64,000 bases of DNA from Sedimentisphaerales bacterium (GTDB taxonomy: Bacteria > Planctomycetota > Phycisphaerae > Sedimentisphaerales > SM23-30). Shown one piece after another: positions 10,678-20,851 of the stretch. The notes beneath the pieces are model-generated. The model worked only from the letters and a program-made list of their open reading frames with translations, was not told where the DNA came from and made no database searches. The position numbers and the translations under genes were made by a program. How positions within the stretch are numbered: position 1 is the stretch's first letter; every line of letters begins with the position of its first letter. The stretch lies in the NCBI GenBank assembly GCA_963666285.1, contig OY762711.1; one strand, 5' to 3'.

Positions 10678-10801
10678 GACCTGTAAAATAGCAATATTTA
10701 TGTGAAGAGGGTATTAAAATTCAGGTTAGTATATACCCTTATTTAACCTGAAAAACCAGATTAGATGGAGTTAATCTGGAATACAACGGAATGGAGCTGA
10801 T

Positions 10802-11860
10802 ATGGCAATTCAAATGATAAAAGGTAATGCAGCAGTAATAGCTGGTGCATTGTATGCTGGGTGTGATTGCTATTTTGGTTACCCGATAACTCCTGCCAGT
10901 GAAGTTTTGCATGAAGCTTCTCAGTTATTCCCTAAATTAGGAAGAAAATTTGTCCAGGCCGAATCTGAAGAAGCAGCGATAAATATGGTTTATGGCGGAG
11001 CATCTGCCGGTCACAGGGTTATGACTGCATCGTCCGGTCCGGGAATAAGTTTAAAACAGGAAGGTATCTCATATTTAGCCGGGGCTGAACTGCCATGTGT
11101 TATTGTTGATATCATGCGAGCCGGTCCGGGTTTGGGTAATATTGGTCCTGAGCAGGGTGATTATTTCCAGATTGTTAAAGGTGGAGGCCACGGCAACTAT
11201 AAAAATATAGTCCTGGCACCAAACTCTGTGCAGGAAATGTGTGATATGACAATTACTGCTTTTGATCTAGCATTTAAATATCGCAATCCGGTTTTTATTT
11301 TAGCTGATGCTGTTTTGGGACAAATGATCGAACCTATTAAATTCCCTGACTATGCAATTGAACCGAAAATTGATACAGATTGGGCTGTATGCGGCACTTC
11401 GGCTACAAATGACAATCTTATTACATCCATATTTCTGGATTTTGACCAGTTGGAAGAATTAAATCTGAAGCTTCAGAAAAAATATCAAGTTATCCAGGAT
11501 AATGAAGTAGATTTTGAAACCTTCATGATCGATGATGCGGATATTATAATCGTAACTTATGGGATATTAAGCAGAATTGCCTGTACTGCTATTGAGATAG
11601 TTCGAGAAGAGGGCTTAAAGGTTGGATTATTCAGGCCTAAAACTCTTTTCCCTTTCGGTGCTGACCAGCTTAAGGCAATTGCTGAGATAAATGATAGTAG
11701 GATATTGGTTGCTGAGATGAGTAATGGACAGTTTTTTGATGATGTCAGACTTGCAGTGGAATGTTCCCGACCGGTCGATTTGATCAGCCGCTGCGGTGGG
11801 AATTTGATATCTGTTGCCGAGATGATTGATCGGCTGCGTTCATTGGCTCCGGTACATTGA
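10802..11860 (+). CDS. vorB: 2-oxoacid:ferredoxin oxidoreductase alpha subunit (VorB-like)
   Basis: [28 protein letters not shown] motifs. Confidence 0.85.
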   Translation: MAIQMIKGNAAVIAGALYAGCDCYFGYPITPASEVLHEASQLFPKLGRKFVQAESEEAAINMVYGGASAGHRVMTASSGPGISLKQEGISYLAGAELPCVIVDIMRAGPGLGNIGPEQGDYFQIVKGGGHGNYKNIVLAPNSVQEMCDMTITAFDLAFKYRNPVFILADAVLGQMIEPIKFPDYAIEPKIDTDWAVCGTSATNDNLITSIFLDFDQLEELNLKLQKKYQVIQDNEVDFETFMIDDADIIIVTYGILSRIACTAIEIVREEGLKVGLFRPKTLFPFGADQLKAIAEINDSRILVAEMSNGQFFDDVRLAVECSRPVDLISRCGGNLISVAEMIDRLRSLAPVH

Positions 11861-11882
11861 AAAATATCTGATTGAGATTGAT

Positions 11883-13322
11883 ATGGTAAAAAAGAATTTT
11901 AAAAGACCAAAGTCATTATATAAACAATTTACTCGCAAAGGAGGGGCAGCTGATACAGCCTCTCATTACTGTCCGGGATGCGGGCATGGGATTATCCATA
12001 AACTCATCGCTGAAGCTATTGACGACTTTTCTATTCAAGATAGAACTGTTTTGATTAGTCCGGTAGGATGTGCTGTTTTTGCATATTATTATTTTAATGT
12101 TGGAAATGTCCAGGCTGCTCACGGCAGGGCTCCTGCTGTTGCTACCGGCATAAGTCGCACAAGGGACGATGCGGTTGTAATTTCCTATCAGGGTGATGGA
12201 GATTTGGCTTCGATCGGCTTAAATGAGACTATTCAGGCGGCTAATCGAGGCGAGAAAATGGCTGTAATTTTTGTTAACAATACAGTCTATGGCATGACCG
12301 GCGGTCAGATGGCGCCAACCACTCTGATTGGTGAATCAACAGTTACTTGCCCGGAAGGCAGAGATGCTCAGCAAGCAGGGTTTCCGTTACATGTTTGTGA
12401 ATTGCTTCAGACTTTGAAAGCTCCTGTTTACATCGAGCGGGTAAGTATATCAGACATCAAGCATATAAAACAGGCTCGTAAAGCTATCCGGAAAGCATTG
12501 GAAATTCAGCGTGACGGCAAAGGTTATGCTTTTGTCGAGATTTTGACTGTATGCCCCATTAATCTTAGGTTTGACACAAAACAGTGTTCGGACTGGATAA
12601 ATGAACATATGGAAAAAGAATTTCCTTTAGGTGTCTATCGGGATATTTCTGACCAGGTTAAGCCGATTAAGAGACCTGATTCTGATTTTACCCTAAAATC
12701 GCTTAATGAGCTTTACCAGCATGATACAAAAGGTATTTCCGAACCGGTTTTTGATCCGGATTATGGCACAATAGCTCTTAGAGCTTCTGGTTTTGGCGGT
12801 CAGGGCTTATTAAGTATGGGATTGATTATGGCTCAAGCGGGATGCAAGTCTTTAAGGTTTGTTTCCTGGCTGCCTTCATACGGTCCCGAACAGCGTGGCG
12901 GCACTTCTAATTGCTCGGTAATTGTATCCGGGCAAGTAGTTAGTTCTCCTGCTTTTAATAAAAGTGACATACTGGTTGCTCTTAACAGACCTTCTCTGGA
13001 CAGGTTTGTTTCTGAAATCAATCATGGTGGGGTAGTAGTATATGATTCTACTATTGGAGATTATGAATTTCCATCTCACCTGAAAGTTTTTTCTGCTCCC
13101 GCTCTTGAAACTGCTCAGAAGCTTGGAATTCCTAAGTCGGCTAATGTCTTTATGCTTGGGATACTGTTTGCCTTAGATGTGTATAAGATCGATTTGGAGA
13201 TTTTCAGGGAAGCTATCAGCGATATGTTTGCCGGACGCAAAAAGCTGACCGAAGACAATCTCAAAATCTTTGATTATGCTGTCAACTGGGCCGCGGCAAA
13301 TCTTATTGCCGTTGAACATTAA
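11883..13322 (+). CDS. 2-oxoacid:ferredoxin oxidoreductase fused beta-gamma subunit
   Basis: YCPGCGHG, TPP-binding GDGD..N, GMTGGQ, then gamma-domain GFGGQG and PSYGPEQRGG; ATG 11883 preferred over the overlapping 11826 start. Confidence 0.88.
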   Translation: MVKKNFKRPKSLYKQFTRKGGAADTASHYCPGCGHGIIHKLIAEAIDDFSIQDRTVLISPVGCAVFAYYYFNVGNVQAAHGRAPAVATGISRTRDDAVVISYQGDGDLASIGLNETIQAANRGEKMAVIFVNNTVYGMTGGQMAPTTLIGESTVTCPEGRDAQQAGFPLHVCELLQTLKAPVYIERVSISDIKHIKQARKAIRKALEIQRDGKGYAFVEILTVCPINLRFDTKQCSDWINEHMEKEFPLGVYRDISDQVKPIKRPDSDFTLKSLNELYQHDTKGISEPVFDPDYGTIALRASGFGGQGLLSMGLIMAQAGCKSLRFVSWLPSYGPEQRGGTSNCSVIVSGQVVSSPAFNKSDILVALNRPSLDRFVSEINHGGVVVYDSTIGDYEFPSHLKVFSAPALETAQKLGIPKSANVFMLGILFALDVYKIDLEIFREAISDMFAGRKKLTEDNLKIFDYAVNWAAANLIAVEH

Positions 13323-13337
13323 TAATAAATATGTCTT

Positions 13338-14087
13338 ATGTTTATAACAAGAGCTGTTAAAATATATTATAGGTCTAGTGATGGGAAAATATCTGCATCC
13401 CGTTCAGGTTTAAATTTGCTGGAATATGTTCCAGTCAAATTGTGGCTCTCGTTTGAAGGCCGGGTAAACAAATCCAGCGGCTTAATTGTAAATGTCAGTC
13501 ATATCAAGAAAATGGTCAGGGCGTATCTTGAAACTCATGATGTTTACTGTACCTCTATATATGATATACTCTCATGGGCCGGTAGAAGTTTTGTCAGCAT
13601 TTTTGACAATTGTACGCTCAGCAAAGTTAAGTTAGAGTATGATGACAATAATTATTCAGTTTTAACCGGATCGCTAAATATGATTACTATTACCAGGATA
13701 TATGAGCTTGCAGCAGCACACAGACTGTGGAATGACCAGTGGGACAGTGAAAAAAACTTTCAGGAATTTGGTAAATGTGCTAATCCAAACGGCCACGGCC
13801 ATAATTATACCCTTGAGGTGTCTGTAAGATGCGATAAAGATGATATAAATTCTTATGGCTTGGAAGTTGATCAGCTGGATGCCCTGGTTGAAATGCATGT
13901 TATCGATAAACTGGATCACAAAAATCTGTGTCTGGATATTCCTGAAATGAAGGGAATGGTGCCAACGGTAGAAAATATGGTAGTTGTGGTGTGGGAAATG
14001 CTCGAAGATAAAATCATTAACGGAAAATTATCTAACTTGAGAATCTGGGAAACACAAAATACATATGCAGATTACTCAGGAAGCTAA
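13338..14087 (+). CDS. queD: 6-carboxytetrahydropterin synthase (QueD/PTPS family), two-domain form
   Basis: AAHRL, CANPNGHGHNY, LDHKNL, PTVEN, WET in C-terminal half. Confidence 0.75.
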   Translation: MFITRAVKIYYRSSDGKISASRSGLNLLEYVPVKLWLSFEGRVNKSSGLIVNVSHIKKMVRAYLETHDVYCTSIYDILSWAGRSFVSIFDNCTLSKVKLEYDDNNYSVLTGSLNMITITRIYELAAAHRLWNDQWDSEKNFQEFGKCANPNGHGHNYTLEVSVRCDKDDINSYGLEVDQLDALVEMHVIDKLDHKNLCLDIPEMKGMVPTVENMVVVVWEMLEDKIINGKLSNLRIWETQNTYADYSGS

Positions 14088-14422
14088 TTACCATAATAAT
14101 TATTGTTTGTCGGTGAGTTAATTCTACGCTGCTGAAATGCTCTGCCAAGGTTGGCAACTGCTAATTTTCGTATTTCCCCATTTCCCTGGGAACTGAATAC
14201 TGTCAATTCCTGGGTATTTTTATTGGCAACCCAGAGTAAATCCGGCACGCTTGTTCCGGATGTTGTAGTGGTCACAATGTAATACCCGGCTCTCGTTGTT
14301 GAACCAAGCGGACTTAAAAAAGGCTGGTCACCTATTGCTGCCCAGCAGGCAGAAAGAACTGCCAGACTGAACAATAAAAACGCTATTAAAGAATTCTTTG
14401 AAATAAATATATTATCACACAT
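14084..14422 (-). CDS. Hypothetical small exported protein
   Basis: N-terminal hydrophobic segment; similar to the adjacent ORF. Confidence 0.6.
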   Translation of the reverse strand: MCDNIFISKNSLIAFLLFSLAVLSACWAAIGDQPFLSPLGSTTRAGYYIVTTTTSGTSVPDLLWVANKNTQELTVFSSQGNGEIRKLAVANLGRAFQQRRINSPTNNNYYGN

Positions 14423-14457
14423 TATATTGCACCTGACATTTAGTATCTTATCTTTGT

Positions 14458-14733
14458 TTACGGCATATTGTTTATTGCAGAAACCTGGCCCCAGTCAATA
14501 CTTTTAGTTTCATAATTATACATGCAGTTAGTTACCTGGTGTGTTTTTAGATCTATTACCCAAATGAACTGCTTTCCAAGAATATGATTACCGGGAGTGA
14601 GAATGTAGTCGTTTTCAATTACTTGGCCGTAAGCTTTTGGCGTGGGGTCGAAATAGTGAAAAGCTATAGAGGTCAGAATAAACAGATTCAAAGAAACTAA
14701 TATTAGAATAATATTATCTTTTGTGATTTTCAT
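14458..14733 (-). CDS. Hypothetical small exported protein
   Basis: SD AAGGAG 8 nt before ATG 14733; N-terminal hydrophobic segment. Confidence 0.6.
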   Translation of the reverse strand: MKITKDNIILILVSLNLFILTSIAFHYFDPTPKAYGQVIENDYILTPGNHILGKQFIWVIDLKTHQVTNCMYNYETKSIDWGQVSAINNMP

Positions 14734-14796
14734 TACCGACACTCCTTTCGTAAAAGTTCGATAACAAAGAATTATATTGAATTAATAATTTAAGAT

Positions 14797-15018
14797 TTAA
14801 TCCAGGTGAGTGCGTTTGCTGTTTTTTAAGCCGACAACAATTGCACCTGCACTGAGGATAGAACCTACGAACCATGGACCGGCAGGGCCTGGTCTGTCAT
14901 CTTCAGGGATCGAACTTACAGAATTTCCATATTGTGCCTTAACATTTCCGGTCAAAATTGCACTATTAATGAACAGGGCGACAAGTATTATTATGGTCTT
15001 TGATGCAAATCTTTTCAT
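14797..15018 (-). CDS. Hypothetical small membrane protein
   Basis: Signal-peptide-like N terminus, C-terminal TM helix and basic tail KNSKRTHLD. Confidence 0.55.
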   Translation of the reverse strand: MKRFASKTIIILVALFINSAILTGNVKAQYGNSVSSIPEDDRPGPAGPWFVGSILSAGAIVVGLKNSKRTHLD

Positions 15019-15133
15019 AAGTTAATGTCTTATAATGCTTTATGGGTGATTAGTGTTTTAGTCACGTACATATCTATTTATAGTGATTATAATCGAAAGG
15101 TGCGTGGTTTTTAAAGATAAATTTGTAGTTTAT

Positions 15134-15622
15134 TTATTCTTTGTCTAGAGGGATTAAACTATAAATATTTATTTTAACAGATATTGCATCATTTTGGGCT
15201 ATTTCTATCGTGGGATTTCCAAGGCTGAGTTCCTCGGATGTTTTTATTAGGGGGGCAATTTGTTGGGTTTCCAGGTTACGCCCGTCTATGTGGTATGTAA
15301 TTAAATTGAATGGGCCAATTTGTTCGGGTACAGAGCTTTTGATACTAAACTTATCCTGAGAATATATCTTGGATATTTTCAGTTTCTCAATTATCAGTGC
15401 CTCGTTAACCGGATTCTTTTTGTAGTTTTGTTGTAGCATATCGCAATATTTGTTAAATTTATCAATATTTGAGCTGATAGCTTCCATTTCCTGTTTGATT
15501 TCGATTTTATTGGGAATAGTACGTTCCAGCTGCCGGTTTTCTTTAATCAGGGAATTGGCATACAGCATACAGCCGAATATGATTATTAATAACAGTGCTA
15601 TTATTTTTTGTTTCTTATTCAT
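15134..15622 (-). CDS. Type II secretion GspM/PilO-like protein
   Basis: N-terminal TM plus coiled coil; last gene of gsp cluster (positional inference). Confidence 0.55.
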   Translation of the reverse strand: MNKKQKIIALLLIIIFGCMLYANSLIKENRQLERTIPNKIEIKQEMEAISSNIDKFNKYCDMLQQNYKKNPVNEALIIEKLKISKIYSQDKFSIKSSVPEQIGPFNLITYHIDGRNLETQQIAPLIKTSEELSLGNPTIEIAQNDAISVKINIYSLIPLDKE

Positions 15623-17012
15623 ACTGTTTTTCCATATTGATTGTGACTAAGGCATTATTACTGCTTGTTGTTACTATTTCTATTCCAATATTGCCGGACA
15701 AATCTAATATCGATTTTTTAAAACTTTCTGTAACATCTTTTTCTGCGATTACTGCTATTTTGATGGAGTGACCTTCGAATGAAATGTTATCTATTGTCAT
15801 GACGCCCGGTTTGGCTTTGGCTATATTGTTCAGCATTAAAAGCCAGTCATACTTTTTGCCGTCAATTTCTGTTAGTCTTTCGTATGTTTTTGATATACTG
15901 CCTTCCTTTTCTTTCATTATAGACAGCATCATTTTAGGGACCAGTTTTTTGTCATTTTGCCCTGGAACTGAATTATTAAATAGCGATATAATATCAGAAT
16001 TTACCTGATTGTGAATTTTATTCAGTTTGTAGTTATTCAAAACCAGGTTGAATATATATGCAAACATAACCAGAACTAAAAGTACAGTTGTAATCCTGTA
16101 TTTTGAAGTATTTTGTGCACCACCGCTTTCTTCCTTTATAGTTTTAACCAGATTCATACCTATGTATTCGTTTGGCTTAAAATATATGTTTGCTGCGGCT
16201 AATGGTATCACAAATTGCTCTGGTGATTCGATACTTTTATCATATTCAGTTTCCTTTACTTGAATTACCGGCTGAACCTGGCATCTAAGATTGCTTCTTA
16301 TGAACGAATCCAGCTCCGGGTATTCTGTGTGGTTATTTATTACTACAACTTTTGTATCTTCTGGGATGTGTATTCCAAAGGCCGTCCGCCAGCTTAATTG
16401 CAGTTCCTGTGCAACTATAGAACTGATATCAACTTTTCCAGGTAAAGGTACATTTCTTACCAGCAGCAGGTTTTCATTACTCAGGACAGCAATTGTTATT
16501 CTGCTGTTTGTTACATAAAGCTGCATCCAGCCGCTTTCGCTGCCATGATTTTTATAAGCTGCCATCATGGCAAAAACAGGCAGCTCGATTCTGCTGCAGG
16601 ATAGGTCATTGGCTTTGCATAATTCCTTGATATTTTCAATACCATCTTTTTCAACGGAAATTAGAAGAGAAGATGGTCCGCTGCTGGCAAGCTTATGAAT
16701 TTCAGGTAAATGTATCTGGACGGAATCCGCCATTTTTACAGCAGGGCTGTTCTTGGAAGTATCGTCTGGTGAACTTGTTATATCCTGATCACTTTCTATG
16801 TTCATATAATGGCATTTGTCAGGAGAAACAGTTATCACAATCGGCAGTTTTTTATTAAAGCCTGCTTGCTGCATTTCATCAGAAAAACAGCCATATTTGT
16901 CCTTGCTTATTATAGCAGCCTTTTCTGCATACACGCCGGATGATGTTCTTCTCACTTGAACCAGATTGCAGCTGCTGCCGTTATATTCAATTGCGATACA
17001 TTTTTTGCTCAT
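15615..17012 (-). CDS. Type II secretion GspL-like protein
   Basis: Cytoplasmic PilM-like N domain (IAIEY, LVRNVP), single TM, periplasmic C domain; follows gspK. Confidence 0.65.
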   Translation of the reverse strand: MSKKCIAIEYNGSSCNLVQVRRTSSGVYAEKAAIISKDKYGCFSDEMQQAGFNKKLPIVITVSPDKCHYMNIESDQDITSSPDDTSKNSPAVKMADSVQIHLPEIHKLASSGPSSLLISVEKDGIENIKELCKANDLSCSRIELPVFAMMAAYKNHGSESGWMQLYVTNSRITIAVLSNENLLLVRNVPLPGKVDISSIVAQELQLSWRTAFGIHIPEDTKVVVINNHTEYPELDSFIRSNLRCQVQPVIQVKETEYDKSIESPEQFVIPLAAANIYFKPNEYIGMNLVKTIKEESGGAQNTSKYRITTVLLVLVMFAYIFNLVLNNYKLNKIHNQVNSDIISLFNNSVPGQNDKKLVPKMMLSIMKEKEGSISKTYERLTEIDGKKYDWLLMLNNIAKAKPGVMTIDNISFEGHSIKIAVIAEKDVTESFKKSILDLSGNIGIEIVTTSSNNALVTINMEKQYE

Positions 17013-17016
17013 ATTA

Positions 17017-17967
17017 TTATTTTATATATTTGTCAATAACGTAAATATCTTTATTATTGCTGATGTCTGCCTTAAGTTGGTATTTTTGACCTCTGTCTGT
17101 GCATTCGGCTGTTACGGTGTAATATATCTTTTTAGGTGCTGCTGTCAATATTCCGGCCAGATTATTACTGTCTGAAATGTCCAGCTCTGCTGCCGCAATA
17201 AAATCTGCAACTGTAGTATACTTTGCATCTTTATCAATAACTGATAACAGCCTGGCTTTTTCATCGGCCATATTTACAGCTAAGGATGATATAACCTCCG
17301 GATTTGCGGAATTTATATCAATTTTCCCTGTATTTTTAACAGTCAGAAGGTCAGCTAAATAGTTAAAACTGTTTTTATTTGCTCCTGTGAAGTCTTTAAT
17401 AAAATATATTTCCGACAAATCTGTAAGTTTATTGTTTTTGCATTGCGGCAATCCTTTTTGCCGGTAATATTTGTTTTCGGCTCCTATATAACTTCTTCCG
17501 AATATTTTCAAGTTTTCAATATCATTATCAGTATCTATTGCATCTACCAGTGCAGGGATAAAGTCATATGTTATCTTGTCATCAGGATATCTTTTGTTGT
17601 ATGATCTTATAAGGTTTGACATAATCGTAACATATTGATCGTTGGATTTGTTATCAGTTGCGATCAGGTTGTTGATATTAATTTTGCCATTATCACAAAT
17701 AATATTCAATTTACAGGCTATCCCGTCAATATTTATTGAGAGGTCTTTTATGTTAACTGCCTCATCATTCTGGTTTATAATACCCAGTGCGTAATTAATA
17801 GCACTTTTTGCAGTATGTTCTAATCTGTTTAGTTCGAAATGTTGTGACATCAGCTTATTGCTTGTTGATATCGTCTGGCTGCTTGCCAAAACAATTGTAG
17901 TGATAACAGATGCAATTATAACTGTTATCAATAACACAAAACCTGATTTTCGTCTCTTGTTAATCAT
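17017..17967 (-). CDS. gspK: Type II secretion minor pseudopilin GspK
   Basis: GFVLL prepilin without E5, DNGKININ, GAE..YY, GKIDINSA. Confidence 0.8.
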   Translation of the reverse strand: MINKRRKSGFVLLITVIIASVITTIVLASSQTISTSNKLMSQHFELNRLEHTAKSAINYALGIINQNDEAVNIKDLSINIDGIACKLNIICDNGKININNLIATDNKSNDQYVTIMSNLIRSYNKRYPDDKITYDFIPALVDAIDTDNDIENLKIFGRSYIGAENKYYRQKGLPQCKNNKLTDLSEIYFIKDFTGANKNSFNYLADLLTVKNTGKIDINSANPEVISSLAVNMADEKARLLSVIDKDAKYTTVADFIAAAELDISDSNNLAGILTAAPKKIYYTVTAECTDRGQKYQLKADISNNKDIYVIDKYIK

Positions 17968-17974
17968 TTGGATG

Positions 17975-18568
17975 TTAATGTGTGTGAACTATTATACTGT
18001 ATTCGTTTTCCTGGTTGCCGTCATTTGTTATGAGTTCAACCTTGACTAATTTAATTTCATCTAATGATACCTTGTTATTGCTTAACTGTTTCCAGGTATT
18101 ATCAGAATAGAACATAATGTCCAGCTTTTTTACATTTTTTGTCAGTAGTTCGCAATCCTTGATATTAGCAGTTGGTACTGCAAAGTTTAGTTCGGGCTTT
18201 TGATAATATCGGATTGTACTGTTACTTTTGTCAAAGATATATTGTATTATATATGGTCCCAATGGGTATTTGTCATCCTGCCATAAACCTTTATGAGTAA
18301 GAATAGTTATTGTAAATTTACTGCCGCTGTACGAGCATTGTATAGGCACATCTTTACCATCAATACAGGCAAGTCTTTCCAGCTGCTTTTTTATATTATC
18401 TATAATATTGTAAGCTGTATCTGTATTATGCGACATATTAATACAATTTCTGGCAGAGGCATTGCCAGCATGCCATACTGAGAAGACAGTAAACATTATT
18501 ATAGATAAAATTACTGAAGAGATCATTAACTCTATCAGTGTTGTTCCTTTGTTACAATGTTTTGCCAT
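17975..18568 (-). CDS. Minor pseudopilin (GspJ-like)
   Basis: KG|TTLIELM prepilin cleavage/methylation motif. Confidence 0.75.
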   Translation of the reverse strand: MAKHCNKGTTLIELMISSVILSIIMFTVFSVWHAGNASARNCINMSHNTDTAYNIIDNIKKQLERLACIDGKDVPIQCSYSGSKFTITILTHKGLWQDDKYPLGPYIIQYIFDKSNSTIRYYQKPELNFAVPTANIKDCELLTKNVKKLDIMFYSDNTWKQLSNNKVSLDEIKLVKVELITNDGNQENEYSIIVHTH

Positions 18569-18959
18569 AAATGTATTCTTTTATGCTAATTTCTTTCTTT
18601 TCTGATTTACATTCCCAGCTGACTGTAATTATTATTTCGTTCATGTCAATATTATGTTCTTCATTCATATCATTGACTTTTACTACTGAATTTTGTATGT
18701 CCCATTGAAATTCGGTATTATTTATCTTCTCGCTGCCATGATTCAATATTATCTTTTTGTCAGTGGCAGATATTTCTGCCAGTTTGCTTTCTGCCAGCAA
18801 ATGGGCATCTGCCATCTGCTTATTGTATAATGCATAATTAATATTGTTAATGCTTGTTTTAGCGATTGCCGTTGCAATAACAGTGATTATCATTACCGCA
18901 AAGAGGACTTCTATAAGGGTAACCCCTTTGCATTGTCTTTTATATGTGTTATTTATCAA
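18552..18959 (-). CDS. Minor pseudopilin (GspI-like)
   Basis: KG|VTLIEVL motif, LAESKLAE, ITVSW. Confidence 0.75.
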   Translation of the reverse strand: MINNTYKRQCKGVTLIEVLFAVMIITVIATAIAKTSINNINYALYNKQMADAHLLAESKLAEISATDKKIILNHGSEKINNTEFQWDIQNSVVKVNDMNEEHNIDMNEIIITVSWECKSEKKEISIKEYIYGKTL

Positions 18960-19362
18960 GGTTCCAGCTCTCTATGTCTGCGTCCAGTCCTTCACCGCCG
19001 TCTTCACCGTCTTTCCCATACGATTCTATATCAACTTTCCCATTCGTCCCCGGGTATATGTATACATAGGGGTTGCCCCATGGGTCTGTTATCTTGTCCA
19101 GGTAACCTTCCGGGTCGTAATTATCTATATTGCCGGGATCGTTAACCAGGATTTGCAGACCTTCGGCGGTTGTAGGATATCTACCGGTATGGGTATAGAA
19201 CATATTCACGGCATTCATTATATTGTTTATTTCGATTGCCGCCTTTTGTCGCTTAACTTTGTCTGGGTGATGTAGAATCTTTGGCACGATAAACGTAGAC
19301 AATAATCCCAATATAACCACAACAATCATTAGTTCCAGTAATGTAAATCCTTTATTACGCAT
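18949..19362 (-). CDS. gspG: Type II secretion major pseudopilin GspG
   Basis: KG|FTLLELM, GRYPTT, DPWGNPY, SYGKDG; SD GAGG before ATG 19362. Confidence 0.93.
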   Translation of the reverse strand: MRNKGFTLLELMIVVVILGLLSTFIVPKILHHPDKVKRQKAAIEINNIMNAVNMFYTHTGRYPTTAEGLQILVNDPGNIDNYDPEGYLDKITDPWGNPYVYIYPGTNGKVDIESYGKDGEDGGEGLDADIESWNLDK

Positions 19363-19458
19363 ATTATTTCCTCGTTGCTTTCTTTTGTTTCCCAATTAAA
19401 TTTATAAAATACCTTCTTTAATGTTGATATTTATATTCCAATTTTCATGTTTTTGAGT

Positions 19459-20622
19459 TTATAACGTCGAATTAATCTCAAATATAGGTAACAGCATCGC
19501 TGCTACAATATATCCTGTCAGGAGCCCCATAATCAGCATAATTACAGGTTCCATCATAGTTGTTATGATATTAGTTTTATGGTCGATTTCTTCATCCAGG
19601 ATATCGGAAATTGAAGTTAGCTGTTTTTCCAGCTGGCCGGTTGCTTCTCCAATTGCTATTGCATGGTGCACCATTGGTTGAAACACTCCGTATCTCCTGA
19701 AGCTTTCTTCTACACTGTAGCCTTTTGTTAAGCCTTTCGAAATACTGTTTATCGATTGCTTTATATATGTATTCTTTATTGCACCGCCTGCAAGTTCCAT
19801 AGAATCGACGATTGTCAGGCCGCCTCTTAACATTGCACATAATGATCTGCAAAGACGTACGGTTTCTATTTCCAAAAGATATCTTCCCATGTATGGTATC
19901 GTTAATATCTTTTTATCAGTCTGAATTCTATTGTCAGGTTTCTTGATAAATATTCGAAATCCAAAAAATACGACAATTGCTAAAACTATAATATATGGTG
20001 TTGTCAGCTCCAGTGCTTTGCTGGTGAAGATTAATGACTTAGTTATGAATGGTAACTCTCGTCCTGTTTCCATAAATAATGAAGAAATGTTTGGGATTAC
20101 CGTTGTCATTAAAAACATAATCACTAACGCAGATACTGACAGCATTAATGCCGGGTATGCCAGGGCACGGTTGACCTGGCTGCTGATTTTATTTCGTTTT
20201 TCAAGCATATCAGCAAGGTATTCCAGTGCTTTGTCCAGCTGACCGCTGGTTTGGGCGGAATATACAACATTGATAAACATTTCAGAGAATGTGCCCGGAT
20301 ATAATGCCATCGCTTCTGCCAGGGATCTTCCGGAATTCACCTCATTACGAAAGTTCATAATGATTTCTTTCACCTGTGTCTTATTGGTTTGTGTTACCAA
20401 AATCTCAAGTGCGATTGGTATTTCCATGCCGGCTTTTAACAGGTTCGACAATTGGCGGGTAAAGTTATATAAGTCTTTACTTTTCAGGCATAGTCTGCTG
20501 TTATGCACAATTTGTTTTTCGGCGGTCTCTTCCCTGTGCAATATCTCTGGCATAACAGGTTTTACAGTCTGCCGATTTTGTTTGTGTTTCTTATTCTGTT
20601 GTTCTGATTTTAGCTCTAGCAT
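19459..20622 (-). CDS. gspF: Type II secretion inner-membrane platform protein GspF
   Basis: FTRQLSNLLKAG, ALAYP, GEATGQL, MEP, LLPIF. Confidence 0.9.
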   Translation of the reverse strand: MLELKSEQQNKKHKQNRQTVKPVMPEILHREETAEKQIVHNSRLCLKSKDLYNFTRQLSNLLKAGMEIPIALEILVTQTNKTQVKEIIMNFRNEVNSGRSLAEAMALYPGTFSEMFINVVYSAQTSGQLDKALEYLADMLEKRNKISSQVNRALAYPALMLSVSALVIMFLMTTVIPNISSLFMETGRELPFITKSLIFTSKALELTTPYIIVLAIVVFFGFRIFIKKPDNRIQTDKKILTIPYMGRYLLEIETVRLCRSLCAMLRGGLTIVDSMELAGGAIKNTYIKQSINSISKGLTKGYSVEESFRRYGVFQPMVHHAIAIGEATGQLEKQLTSISDILDEEIDHKTNIITTMMEPVIMLIMGLLTGYIVAAMLLPIFEINSTL

Positions 20623-20653
20623 ATATAATTACGTTATAGTTAAAATATCTATA

Positions 20654-20835
20654 GTTTACTTTTGCAGTTTTTAAGTTGCAAAAAACGCCTAAAAGGGCCT
20701 TCCTGCAACGCTTTGAATTAAATGTACTTTCGAGAATTAGCTCGGAAATACATTCAAATATAAAGTTTTTCATTCACAAGGCCCTGTTCTGGCCTTTGCG
20801 TATAATGTTGAGCAGTCAAAAGTGCGATACCGCAC
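20654..20835 (+). repeat. Interspersed palindromic repeat, copy 1 (full length)
   Basis: gtttacttttgcagtttttaagttgca...aaaagggcctt...tttcgagaattagctcgga...aaggccctgtt...cagtcaaaagtgcgataccgcac; aligns to copies at 35109 and 38023. Confidence 0.9.
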
Positions 20836-20851
20836 CTATATATAACAGAAA

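Noticed and set aside
20591..20773. Short ORFs overlapping the repeats (20591-20773, 37027-37242, 40165-40368, 46685-46885, 48883-49125)
   Set aside because: Frames and strands are not conserved between copies, so these are likely by-products of the non-coding element.
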